The translations under genes and the position numbers were made by a program. A DNA stretch of 53,445 nt, taken from assembly GCA_964478775.1 (NCBI GenBank), contig CAYZJC010000003.1:27977-81421 (forward strand), given 5' to 3'. Shown in pieces: positions 9,215-17,960 of the stretch. Below the pieces are notes generated by a model. It worked only from the letters and a program-made list of their open reading frames with translations. It did not search any database and was not told where the DNA came from. The DNA is from an uncultured Verrucomicrobiales bacterium (GTDB lineage: Bacteria > Pseudomonadota > Alphaproteobacteria > Paracaedibacterales > CAIOTO01). How positions within the stretch are numbered: position 1 is the stretch's first letter; the number at the start of each line of letters is the position of its first letter.

Positions 9215-10455
9215 TTTTCTTTTTGTCGCGTTCTTTTCTTCTTCTCTTTTTTGTGAGTTTTTTTTGGTTTTGCGGCACCAAGTCTTGTATTAAATAATTC
9301 AAAGTCGTCAGCACGCAGCAGATCAATTTTATTTTTTTGCACCCAAGAGATGAGCCCTTGAATCTGTGATAGGTTTTCTTGTGTGATATGAATCCCCATG
9401 ATAAGAGCGGGGGTTTGATCTAGCCGAGTCTTGCAAATTTTAATTTTTTGGTTGGTGTCGAAATCATCGGTGTCGGGTAAAATTGTACATTGAATCATTT
9501 CGACATCACCTCTTTTTGTAAGAGGTTTAATCAACTTTGTTAAATGATTATTGATTTGTGGAGGCAATATAACATTTAATTTATTTTCTTCAATTATTGA
9601 CTTTAAATTAGGCCATACTGTTTGGTCTAAATCAATGCTTTGGGGAAGGTAAATGGTTTTAACTTTAAGGGTGTTGATTATTTTTGTAAGACTAGCAGCA
9701 CTTTGTAAGTGACTATTGAGAGTGCCGTTTACATTTTGTCTGCCTGGTGTTCGTGTGCGGGTAGGAATCAATAACCCTAAAGGATGATGACGCTTTTTGA
9801 GTTTTTGAATTAAGTCATCAGGCAAGAGAGAATAGGCATTTAAAAAAACACCAATGCGTTCGGGGAGAGATTCAATCGTTTGCTTGGGGTCCAACACACC
9901 CTCAATGCCACTAACCCATATCGTCATGGCTGGGGTGCGCTTCATTTTTGCATTGGAATATTCTCTAGACTGAGCAAGGCGTCGTAGTTCAACATCATCA
10001 AGCTTAGGTGCTAAAAATTTAGATTCATCTACCACGGCGTCGTTGGTTTTTTCATGTGCGTTTTGTTGTGAGGCCTGTTGGGAGGAGTCTGGGTTTTCAA
10101 GTGTGGGTGTGTCAGGAACCACTTCCGGAATGATTTGGGTGTTTGCAGGAGGAGGGGGAGATGGATCAGGGATATTGGCTTGTGTGCGATCAAGAAGCGG
10201 TTCTGGGATCATATCCATCCGCATAGAAGGGTCATTCATTTGTTGTGGGTTGACAGAAGGCCCTTGTTTTTTAAAAATGGACTTAACTTTTTGCCAAATA
10301 GAAATGGGGGCTGTGGCGTCTTTTGGGATATCTATTTGCGAAGAAGGTAGGCTTTGTGTCGCTGCTGTTGCGCCACAAGGTGTTGTTACCATCGAGGTTT
10401 GTAGTAAAAGCGTAAGGCAGACAAGTGCCAGATTTTTCATATAAAAAGTGTTCAT
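9211..10455 (-). CDS. Hypothetical exported protein with Pro-rich N-terminal region and Lys-rich C-terminal tail
   Basis: 414 aa. It has a signal peptide ('LALVCLTLLLQTSMVTTPCGATA') and a P/S/Q-rich segment. The tail is 'GAAKPKKTHKKEKKKRTRQKEN'. The stop overlaps the xerD stop by 4 nt, convergently. No family recognised with confidence. Confidence 0.5.
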   Translation of the reverse strand: MNTFYMKNLALVCLTLLLQTSMVTTPCGATAATQSLPSSQIDIPKDATAPISIWQKVKSIFKKQGPSVNPQQMNDPSMRMDMIPEPLLDRTQANIPDPSPPPPANTQIIPEVVPDTPTLENPDSSQQASQQNAHEKTNDAVVDESKFLAPKLDDVELRRLAQSREYSNAKMKRTPAMTIWVSGIEGVLDPKQTIESLPERIGVFLNAYSLLPDDLIQKLKKRHHPLGLLIPTRTRTPGRQNVNGTLNSHLQSAASLTKIINTLKVKTIYLPQSIDLDQTVWPNLKSIIEENKLNVILPPQINNHLTKLIKPLTKRGDVEMIQCTILPDTDDFDTNQKIKICKTRLDQTPALIMGIHITQENLSQIQGLISWVQKNKIDLLRADDFELFNTRLGAAKPKKTHKKEKKKRTRQKEN

Positions 10456-10486
10456 CTGCGCTCTCCTGCTGCCAAATTTGCGTCAT

Positions 10487-11857
10487 CTACATTAAACTTC
10501 CCGCCGGCAAATGACGCTGCGTCGTTTCATGTAGGGTATGTGAAAAAGCTTTTGTGCCTTCTTCTTGTGTCCATTCAATGGTGCCAAATTCCCCGCAATG
10601 ACGACACACGGGGTTAAATTGTTGTACGACCGTCGAACACGTTTGACACGCCCACACGGGACGTAGTGCCATAGTCATACGAGAGACCCACACCTGCGCG
10701 CGTTCCAGGTCATCTGGGTATTCAGCTTGTTCAATAATAGCCATGAGTTCACACACCATTGTATCGGCATTTTCACCAAGAACTGGGGTTAAATGATAGC
10801 GACCTTGACCCCAGAGTTTTGCATCCACAGCAGCTTTCGCCATGAGATAGCACGATTCCGGATGCAGCGGATGTGACGCACACAGCTTTGCCATGCGTTT
10901 GTAAATTTCTAAAACAGGCGTTTGTGCGCCAAGTAAGTGAACAAGGCATTCACCAAGGGCACGGTGCGGCGCCTTCTTGTATGTTTTGTAAAGCACACGA
11001 AAGGCCCGGATGGTACCTACAAATTCGTGGGTTAAGCGTGCCAATTCACTTGCCACAATTGGGTTTTTAGGCAATAAATCGTGCACCAGCTTTAACAGTC
11101 TTATTTTTTGTTCAACGTCAAGATTTTGATTTTGTGGATTGTTATATTTGATCCACAATAAAAGGCCTTGGTGTTGGTCTGCGTCCTGCTTAGACATGTG
11201 TAAATAAAAGGGAAGGTCAGGCAACAACTGTGTTGCTGGGTCTGTTTGTGCTTTCATTAAATAAAGCTGGCTTAAGTTTTTTAATACCCAAGGGGAATGC
11301 GGGCGAAGTTCATACATTTGAACCAGTAGTGATTCAAGGTGCGCATGGTCAGAGCGTTCCATTGCCAACAAAGCAAGGCCACGCAGGCCTAAAAACCGTA
11401 CCGCTTGAACTTCTGTCATGCGTGCGAAAACGGTATGCGCTTTCGCATGGTCTTGCCTTAAGTATGCCGCTTGCCCTTGAATCATTAAAGACAAAGGGTG
11501 TTTGGGTTCAAGTTTGTGAGCAAGGGCGGCTACAATATCTGCTTCCCCATATTCACCGCTTGCAATGGCTTCAAAACCATCTGCAAGTAAGTCTTCGAAT
11601 TTTTCTTCCTTTTTTCGTTTAATGTATTGGCGTGATTTGCCTGGCAAAGATGTGACCCACATATAAATATTATGCAGCAAAAGCGCAATGGCCAGAACCA
11701 AAAACACAATAGCAAAAAAAAGCGCGATAGGGAGTGCTTGTGTTTTATAGCCCAGCCATTCAAAAGTAAAGTGGCCAGGAAAGAGGGTTAGCAAAACCGC
11801 CAACCCAGATATGACAGCAAGTGTTGTTAAAAAGCGAACGCCTCTCAGCCTTTTCAT
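10487..11857 (-). CDS. HemY-N-domain / TPR protein with C-terminal zinc ribbon (alphaproteobacterial 'HemY-like')
   Basis: Two N-terminal TM helices and a TPR-like helical body. The C-terminal 'WACQTCSTVVQQFNPVCRHCGEFGTIEW' (CxxC-x10-CxxC) is typical of alphaproteobacterial HemY-like proteins. Confidence 0.65.
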   Translation of the reverse strand: MKRLRGVRFLTTLAVISGLAVLLTLFPGHFTFEWLGYKTQALPIALFFAIVFLVLAIALLLHNIYMWVTSLPGKSRQYIKRKKEEKFEDLLADGFEAIASGEYGEADIVAALAHKLEPKHPLSLMIQGQAAYLRQDHAKAHTVFARMTEVQAVRFLGLRGLALLAMERSDHAHLESLLVQMYELRPHSPWVLKNLSQLYLMKAQTDPATQLLPDLPFYLHMSKQDADQHQGLLLWIKYNNPQNQNLDVEQKIRLLKLVHDLLPKNPIVASELARLTHEFVGTIRAFRVLYKTYKKAPHRALGECLVHLLGAQTPVLEIYKRMAKLCASHPLHPESCYLMAKAAVDAKLWGQGRYHLTPVLGENADTMVCELMAIIEQAEYPDDLERAQVWVSRMTMALRPVWACQTCSTVVQQFNPVCRHCGEFGTIEWTQEEGTKAFSHTLHETTQRHLPAGSLM

Positions 11858-13146
11858 TATGCCCCATTCATTGTTGTATGCGCACCCATTGTTTGCATAA
11901 AGTGTGCCAAAGTTTCTTGTGCTTCTAGTGCGCGATCAGCATCAGCAAGCCAGTTGGAGACAGCCTCAGCAACGATAGGTTTCGCTTGTCTAATGGTTGT
12001 AATAGCATCTTTCAGTTGATGACTGTTTATCATGCCTATGGCTTGCTCTAGTATAGATACAACATACTCTTGATCAGCTTTGTTGTCAATTTTAACACTG
12101 TTTTGAGAGGATGGTTTTAAAGTTAACATTTGGGTGATTGTGTTGATAATCTTTTGCCAGATTCCCACATTTTCAGGTGAACCACCAAACATCAAGCGCC
12201 CTTTGATTAAAACTAAATCTTTAGAAAGGGTTTCATTTCCTTTTGCAGGTGCATTTGCAAATTTAGAAAGTGTACTTAAAAGGGGTTGAACAGTCGGATT
12301 GTCACTGGTCATTTTTTTTACATGTTCTAAGGGGCCTTCAAAAGCTTGGCCTTTTATGATAGCTTCCTTAATGGTTTCAATCGCTTCAGGTAAACTACCT
12401 GTAAAGGGAAGGTTTGTTGGTGTTTTTTCAACTGCTGCTGAACCACTAGAAGCAAGCAGGCCAATTTTATTTTTTAAAGCATTAAGGTCTTGGGCGATAG
12501 CTTTAATCGCTTGCCCATTTTGAGAAGAGGTGCTGTCAAGGCTGTGGGTAAGTTTTTGTTGTGATTGGGTGACTGCCTTGAGTTGTGTGTCAAGCTTTGA
12601 AACTGTTGCCTGTAGTTTTGCAATTTCTTTTGTTGAAGGGGCAATTAAACCTTCAAATGTCTGTGGAAAAAGGGCAAGCAGTGTAATTGAAAAAGCGGTT
12701 GTCAAAGTCATTCGGGTAAATAAACGAAGGTTTTTGTGTTCAGAATGAATGTATCGATCAAAGGCATGCCAAAAGAAAAGGCCAACCCATTTCAGCATTT
12801 TTTTAAACGTCATATTTTTCTTTAAGGCATGCTCAACAAAGGTGTCTTGGTCATCATCTAACATAGTAGATTCATTAATGGGGCGATGCAACGGGGGTGT
12901 GGCGTTGTCTTTATTTTGTGTCATATGGACATCTGCATGAGAAAAATGTGGCGATTGTGTTTGCTGATTTTTCACGGTGTCTGTTTGAGCAGCAGCAGGT
13001 GCGGACATGACGCCTTCCTTAGCTTTATCCTTCGCTAAAGGTCTGTCATCTTGCATACCTTTTTCAGGCTTTGTTTCATTTGTTTTGTTTGTTTTTTTCC
13101 CACTCTTGAGTGGCTTTGTTACATTTTCACGTTCCATTAGTCTCAC
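11857..13146 (-). CDS. Mic60/mitofilin-like (COG4223-type) inner membrane protein
   Basis: 429 aa. It has a charged N-terminus and one TM helix ('MTLTTAFSITLLALFP'). Coiled-coil-like 'KLQATVSKLDTQLKAVTQSQQKLTHSL' follows. The C-terminal helical segment is 'LEQAIGMINSHQLKDAITTIRQAKPIVAEAVSNWLADADRALEAQETL'. Its stop overlaps the start of the HemY-like gene by 1 nt. Confidence 0.5.
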   Translation of the reverse strand: MRLMERENVTKPLKSGKKTNKTNETKPEKGMQDDRPLAKDKAKEGVMSAPAAAQTDTVKNQQTQSPHFSHADVHMTQNKDNATPPLHRPINESTMLDDDQDTFVEHALKKNMTFKKMLKWVGLFFWHAFDRYIHSEHKNLRLFTRMTLTTAFSITLLALFPQTFEGLIAPSTKEIAKLQATVSKLDTQLKAVTQSQQKLTHSLDSTSSQNGQAIKAIAQDLNALKNKIGLLASSGSAAVEKTPTNLPFTGSLPEAIETIKEAIIKGQAFEGPLEHVKKMTSDNPTVQPLLSTLSKFANAPAKGNETLSKDLVLIKGRLMFGGSPENVGIWQKIINTITQMLTLKPSSQNSVKIDNKADQEYVVSILEQAIGMINSHQLKDAITTIRQAKPIVAEAVSNWLADADRALEAQETLAHFMQTMGAHTTMNGA

Positions 13147-13280
13147 CTGTCACTATTAATTCAGACGAGCACTTTGATTTGTCTGATTAATGTTTATCCT
13201 CACTAAACAGTCTAAACAAGACCTTATCAAAACACAATATCTAGCAAGAAGGAAAAGGGGGGTGCCCCCCTACTTTGGTA

Positions 13281-14204
13281 TTAAGATGCAAAAATTTCTT
13301 GTAGGTATTTGGGTTTATCCATCCAGTTTTCTTCAACCTTTACAAACAAAAACAAGTGGACTTTTTGTTGTAAAAAGTATTGCATTTGCCCACGTGCGCG
13401 TATGTTAATAGATTTTATGCGACTTCCCTGTTTACCAACCACAATGGCTTTTTGGGTTTGCTTTGCAACGACAATGGTTTGGTGAATTTTAACTGAGCCG
13501 TCTTTGAGGATTTCATAAGAGTCGGTTTCAACAAAAATTTCATAAGGCAGTTCGTTGTCTAGCTGTAAATAAACTTGTTCACGGGTAAGTTCAGAAGCCC
13601 ATCTCTTCTTTGGTGCATCAGACACTTGGTCAACATCAAACAACCATGGCCCTTGGGGTAGATAGCTTTTGATTTTCTCAAGCATATCTTTCACCCCAAC
13701 CCCATTAAGGGCAGAGATCATAAAAAAATGCTGCGCACGATTGAGTTCATTAAAAGGCTGTGCAATTTCAAGTAATTTTTCTTTGGCAATTGCATCTACC
13801 TTATTAAAGGCAATCAGCAAGGGAAGATGCGCTGGAACTTTGGCAATTAACTCTAGGTCTTCTTGCGTGTTTTTCCGTGTAACATCTACAATATATAAAA
13901 CAACATCTGCGTCCTTGGGAGCCTGCCAAGCGTCTTTCACAATTGCAGACTCTAATGGGCGCTTTGGTGTAAATAACCCGGGTGTATCTACCAATATAAG
14001 CTGTGCGTTATCCAGCATTTGAATACCTAAAACACGCCTTCTTGTGGTCTGCACTTTTGGTGAAACGATAGAAACTTTATGACCCGTTATGGCATTCACT
14101 AGTGTTGATTTACCTGCATTAGGTTGCCCTAAAACGGCGACAAAACCACAATGCATGTTGCTGCCTACCTGGTTATTTTGAGGTGTTTGATGTTCTATCG
14201 TCAT
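13281..14204 (-). CDS. era: GTPase Era
   Basis: G1 'GQPNAGKSTL', G2 'QTTR', G3 'DTPG', G4 'NKVD', and a C-terminal KH domain 'VVGKQGSRIKSI'. Confidence 0.92.
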   Translation of the reverse strand: MTIEHQTPQNNQVGSNMHCGFVAVLGQPNAGKSTLVNAITGHKVSIVSPKVQTTRRRVLGIQMLDNAQLILVDTPGLFTPKRPLESAIVKDAWQAPKDADVVLYIVDVTRKNTQEDLELIAKVPAHLPLLIAFNKVDAIAKEKLLEIAQPFNELNRAQHFFMISALNGVGVKDMLEKIKSYLPQGPWLFDVDQVSDAPKKRWASELTREQVYLQLDNELPYEIFVETDSYEILKDGSVKIHQTIVVAKQTQKAIVVGKQGSRIKSINIRARGQMQYFLQQKVHLFLFVKVEENWMDKPKYLQEIFAS

Positions 14205-14785
14205 TATGCAGTTTCGCTTGAGTGTGAGGCCGGTTGGGAAATAGGTGCGCTATCATCTGCGCTCGTTGTGCGAGTTCGCCTAAAATAGGGACGTGCTCTT
14301 CTGTTGGTTTGCTTTGGCTCACCCTCTGCTGCAAGGCCATTTGCTGAGGGGGCGTCTTGAACGGTTTCATGTTCGTTGGTGTTTGAAGATTCCATTGCGT
14401 CGTCTTGTTCAACGGTTACGTGCTTTTGATGTTGTTGTTGACGCTGGGGTTGTTGCTTCATGCGTTCATTACGTTCAAGGTCACGCTGTTGTTGACGCTG
14501 GGCTTGCTGCTGCTGTTGTTCATTGTCATGGCGAATTCTTTCATTCAATTGGCGCAGATAATGTTCTGCGTATTGGAAATGTATTTCTGCATCCACTCTG
14601 TCCCCAGAACGCAAAGATTCCCTCGCCATATTTGAATACTTGTCAAGCTGTTGCTGGTAATGGTTTCTAGGTTTTAACCGTAGTTCTTGACGGTCATCGG
14701 CCACAGCTGTGAAAGATCCATTTTGCTGAGGCTTATTAGTATTGGTTCGCATAGCATTCGAACGCGGACGAGTGCGTTTAATCAT
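14204..14785 (-). CDS. DUF4167 domain protein (Q/R-rich)
   Basis: 'QQQLDKYSNMARESLRSGDRVDAEIHFQYAEHYLRQLNE' matches the DUF4167 core. The remainder is low-complexity and Gln/Arg-rich. Its stop overlaps the era start by 1 nt. Confidence 0.65.
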   Translation of the reverse strand: MIKRTRPRSNAMRTNTNKPQQNGSFTAVADDRQELRLKPRNHYQQQLDKYSNMARESLRSGDRVDAEIHFQYAEHYLRQLNERIRHDNEQQQQQAQRQQQRDLERNERMKQQPQRQQQHQKHVTVEQDDAMESSNTNEHETVQDAPSANGLAAEGEPKQTNRRARPYFRRTRTTSADDSAPISQPASHSSETA

Positions 14786-14892
14786 ACGTTTCCTTATCGG
14801 TTAGTTAAAATATTTTTCATAATCTATTATTACGTTGCGTTATAAACAAATGGTTAAATAATCGCAAAATCAAAGTACATTAATAAAGGGAT

Positions 14893-14910
14893 TTTGTCAT
14901 TTGTGACAAA
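14893..14910. promoter_or_regulatory. Perfect 7-4-7 inverted repeat TTTGTCA-tttg-TGACAAA upstream of hemH; possible operator
   Basis: Read directly from the sequence, about 100 bp upstream of the hemH ATG (15012) in the divergent intergenic region. Confidence 0.3.
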
Positions 14911-15011
14911 TCATATTACCCTATTCACATTCGATTCATAATGTACTATCCTTATTTAACTTACTTTAGTTGTGTTTGACAACATTTATTTTTCAATGAG
15001 GTGCGTTTTTT

Positions 15012-16100
15012 ATGTCCAAAGTTGCCGTTGTGCTTTTAAATCTTGGTGGACCCTCTGACTTAAAATCTGTAAAACCCTTTTTATTTAACTTATTTAATGA
15101 CCCTGCGATCATTCGTTTGCCGAAGTGGCCACGGTATTTATTGGCATGGCTTATATCAACCTTGCGCCACAAAAAGGCAATGGGTATTTATGAACGCCTT
15201 GGGGGGAAATCTCCCTTATTAGAAAATACACTTGCACAAAGTAGCGCGTTAGATTTTGAATTGCAAGAGCATGGCATTTACGGTAAAACCTTTGTGTGCA
15301 TGCGCTATTGGCACCCCATGGCCCCAGAGGTTGTGGCAGACATTATGAAACAAAGATTTTCTGATATTGTGTTGTTGCCTTTGTACCCGCAATATTCAAC
15401 CACCACCACACAGTCTTCTATTGATGACTTTAAAGCCCACTTTGAAGCCTACGGCGGGTATGACATTGAAAGGCCAAAGATTCACGAAATTGGCTGCTAC
15501 CCAGTTGATGATTTATTTATTGACGCGATGTGTGATGTCATCAAACCTTGTGTTGAGGAAAGCTTAACTTATGGAAGGCCTTATATTTTATTTTCAGCCC
15601 ATGGTTTGCCAGAATCTGTCATTGCAGATGGTGACCCATATCAATATCAAGTAGAAGCGGCCTCAAATCGTATTATGAATTGGCTGTCGGTGACCTTTGA
15701 AGATGCTGTTGATGCACATATTTGTTACCAAAGTCGTGTTGGCCCTAAGAAGTGGATTGGGCCTTCAACAGATGAAATGATTATAAAAGCAGCACAAGAA
15801 AGGCGCCCGCTGATTGTTGTGCCAATCTCTTTTGTGTCAGACCATAGTGAAACCTTAGTAGAACTTGATATGGACTATGCTGAACTTGCGATGGAAAAAG
15901 GCGCTGCACATTATATGCGTGTGCCAAGTCTTGCGACTCATCCTTCTTTTATTGCATGCCTTATAAAACTGGTGAAGCAGTCATTAAATGGTCAAAAGCT
16001 ACCCATTTGCTGCCAGGAAACATTTAAAATAAATGAGGATAAAAACATTGTTTTGAAGTGTGCTTGTGCACGCATGAATGAAGCGGGAGATTTAAAATGA
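15012..16100 (+). CDS. hemH: Ferrochelatase with Cys-rich C-terminal extension
   Basis: 'VLLNLGGP', 'FLFNLFNDP', 'YWHPM', 'LLPLYPQYS', 'FSAHGLP', 'SFVSDHSETLVELD'. C-terminal 'PICCQETFKINEDKNIVLKCAC'. Confidence 0.9.
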   Translation: MSKVAVVLLNLGGPSDLKSVKPFLFNLFNDPAIIRLPKWPRYLLAWLISTLRHKKAMGIYERLGGKSPLLENTLAQSSALDFELQEHGIYGKTFVCMRYWHPMAPEVVADIMKQRFSDIVLLPLYPQYSTTTTQSSIDDFKAHFEAYGGYDIERPKIHEIGCYPVDDLFIDAMCDVIKPCVEESLTYGRPYILFSAHGLPESVIADGDPYQYQVEAASNRIMNWLSVTFEDAVDAHICYQSRVGPKKWIGPSTDEMIIKAAQERRPLIVVPISFVSDHSETLVELDMDYAELAMEKGAAHYMRVPSLATHPSFIACLIKLVKQSLNGQKLPICCQETFKINEDKNIVLKCACARMNEAGDLK

Positions 16101-17164
16101 AAGCACAACAGCGCATTACTTTTGCAACTTCTTCACCTTTTTTAGCCAATGACTCTATATTCAACGAGACAATGATGAATGACATTTATAAAACAGGCCA
16201 AGACCTCTTATTGAAAGAAGCTAAAGCATTAACACTGCTTTCTCAGCAGCTAGGGGAAAGTGATGTGTTTAATGAAGCTGTTCGTTTGATTGGGAAAACC
16301 AAAGGAAGGCTTATTGTCAGTGGTGTTGGTAAAAGCGGTCACGTTGGGCGTAAGATGGCAGCGACATTTGCCTCAACAGGGCAGCCGGCTTTTTTTGTGC
16401 ATGCAGCAGAAGCTGGTCATGGTGATTTAGGTATGATTACCCCTGAAGATACATTGCTGTTAATTTCTTATTCAGGTAAGGCTAAAGAGTTACAAAGTGT
16501 GTTAGACTACGCGCATCGCTTTGGTATACCAGTTGTGTCTATTACGGGACGTGAAGATTCACTTCTTGCGCAGCATTCTACAATTGTATTGCTGTTACCA
16601 GATGTGCCAGAAGCATGTCCAATGGGGCTTGCCCCTACGACATCTACTACCATGACAATGGCGTTGGGTGATGCTTTAGCTGTATCATTGTTAACCCTTC
16701 GTGGCTTTACCTCATCTGACTTTACAACTTTTCACCCAGGCGGGCACCTTGGTTTTAAATTACAAAGCATCGAAGACTTTATGCACAAACATGAGGGGAT
16801 GCCAATCTTAAGCCAAAACGCACCTGTTCAAGCAGCTTTGTCGATGATTTCCTCTGGAAAGTTAGGGTGTGTTGGTCTTGTAGATGATAAAGGCACTTTG
16901 AGTGGCATACTAACAGACGGAGACGTCAGGCGTTTTACCCAAAAAGTATTGAACAATGAATTTGACACCGCAAGTCAAGCGACCCTTTGTTCAAAAGACA
17001 TTATGACCCCTAGCCCCGTTACCATTAGTAAAAATTCTTTGCTGGGGGATGCCTTGGCTATCTTTGAAAAAAAATCTATCACCCACTTATTTGTCGTTGA
17101 TGAAGCAATGATTCCTGTTGGCGTGTTGCATATTCATGACTGTTTGCGTGGCAAAGCGATTTAG
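16097..17164 (+). CDS. kdsD: Arabinose-5-phosphate isomerase (KpsF/GutQ/KdsD family; SIS + 2x CBS)
   Basis: SIS motif 'GRLIVSGVGKSGHVGRKMAATFASTG'. 'ISYSGKAKE'. CBS pair at the C-terminus. The start overlaps the hemH stop by 4 nt; the true start may lie further downstream. Confidence 0.85.
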   Translation: MKAQQRITFATSSPFLANDSIFNETMMNDIYKTGQDLLLKEAKALTLLSQQLGESDVFNEAVRLIGKTKGRLIVSGVGKSGHVGRKMAATFASTGQPAFFVHAAEAGHGDLGMITPEDTLLLISYSGKAKELQSVLDYAHRFGIPVVSITGREDSLLAQHSTIVLLLPDVPEACPMGLAPTTSTTMTMALGDALAVSLLTLRGFTSSDFTTFHPGGHLGFKLQSIEDFMHKHEGMPILSQNAPVQAALSMISSGKLGCVGLVDDKGTLSGILTDGDVRRFTQKVLNNEFDTASQATLCSKDIMTPSPVTISKNSLLGDALAIFEKKSITHLFVVDEAMIPVGVLHIHDCLRGKAI

Positions 17165-17179
17165 TAAACCTATACCATA

Positions 17180-17734
17180 ATGACTACACAAGATGACCAA
17201 GATATTTGGAAAGCCTTTACAAAGCAAATAGACCCCTTAGATAAAACAAAGGGGGCAGGTTCTACACGACTAAATGACAAAGTAAATCCGTATCGTGATC
17301 AAACTGGACAAAACCATATAGACCAAAAGACGGGACAAGTGAAACTAAAACCTGTAAAGGTTAAGCTTCAAGCCTACCAAGCCGGTGATTATTTTAAAAC
17401 ACGTGAACCTAGTCTGCAGCCAGTGCTAGATTTGCGCACCCAAGACTTTAAATATTTAAAAGTTGAAGCAGCAATTGACCTGCATGGGCTAACGCAAGTA
17501 AAAGCACAAGAGGCCTTGCTCGCCTTTTTTGACATTAGCAAAGCTATGGGCAGAAAATATGTTTTAGTCATTACGGGTAAAGGAAAGCCAGATACTGAAA
17601 GTGTGCTTCGTATATTTGCGCAGCAATGGTTTAAAGACAATAGCTTGTATGTCGTTGGGTATTGCGTTGCTTTGCCCAAAGATGGCGGCGATGGTGCATT
17701 TTATGTGCATGTCAGGCGCGATAGAGGTCAGTAA
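17180..17734 (+). CDS. Smr domain protein
   Basis: C-terminal 'IDLHGLTQVKAQEALLAFF...VLVITGKG' is the Smr/MutS2-C signature. Confidence 0.7.
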   Translation: MTTQDDQDIWKAFTKQIDPLDKTKGAGSTRLNDKVNPYRDQTGQNHIDQKTGQVKLKPVKVKLQAYQAGDYFKTREPSLQPVLDLRTQDFKYLKVEAAIDLHGLTQVKAQEALLAFFDISKAMGRKYVLVITGKGKPDTESVLRIFAQQWFKDNSLYVVGYCVALPKDGGDGAFYVHVRRDRGQ

Positions 17735-17960
17735 CACGTGATTGCTAACCATACACAATCTTCCCTGTTGAATTTACGCTCTAGGTTGAAAAAAAGCAGC
17801 TCTGACCTTATCTCAATTGTTGCTTGTATAAGCCCTATGAAATCAAGTATCATCTAGTGTCATAGAAAAGCAAAATTGTGCATACATTATAGGGTTCCCT
17901 TATAAATACTTCGCATGTTTTGTCTTTAATCACATCACATTAACTGCATGGAAAACGAAT

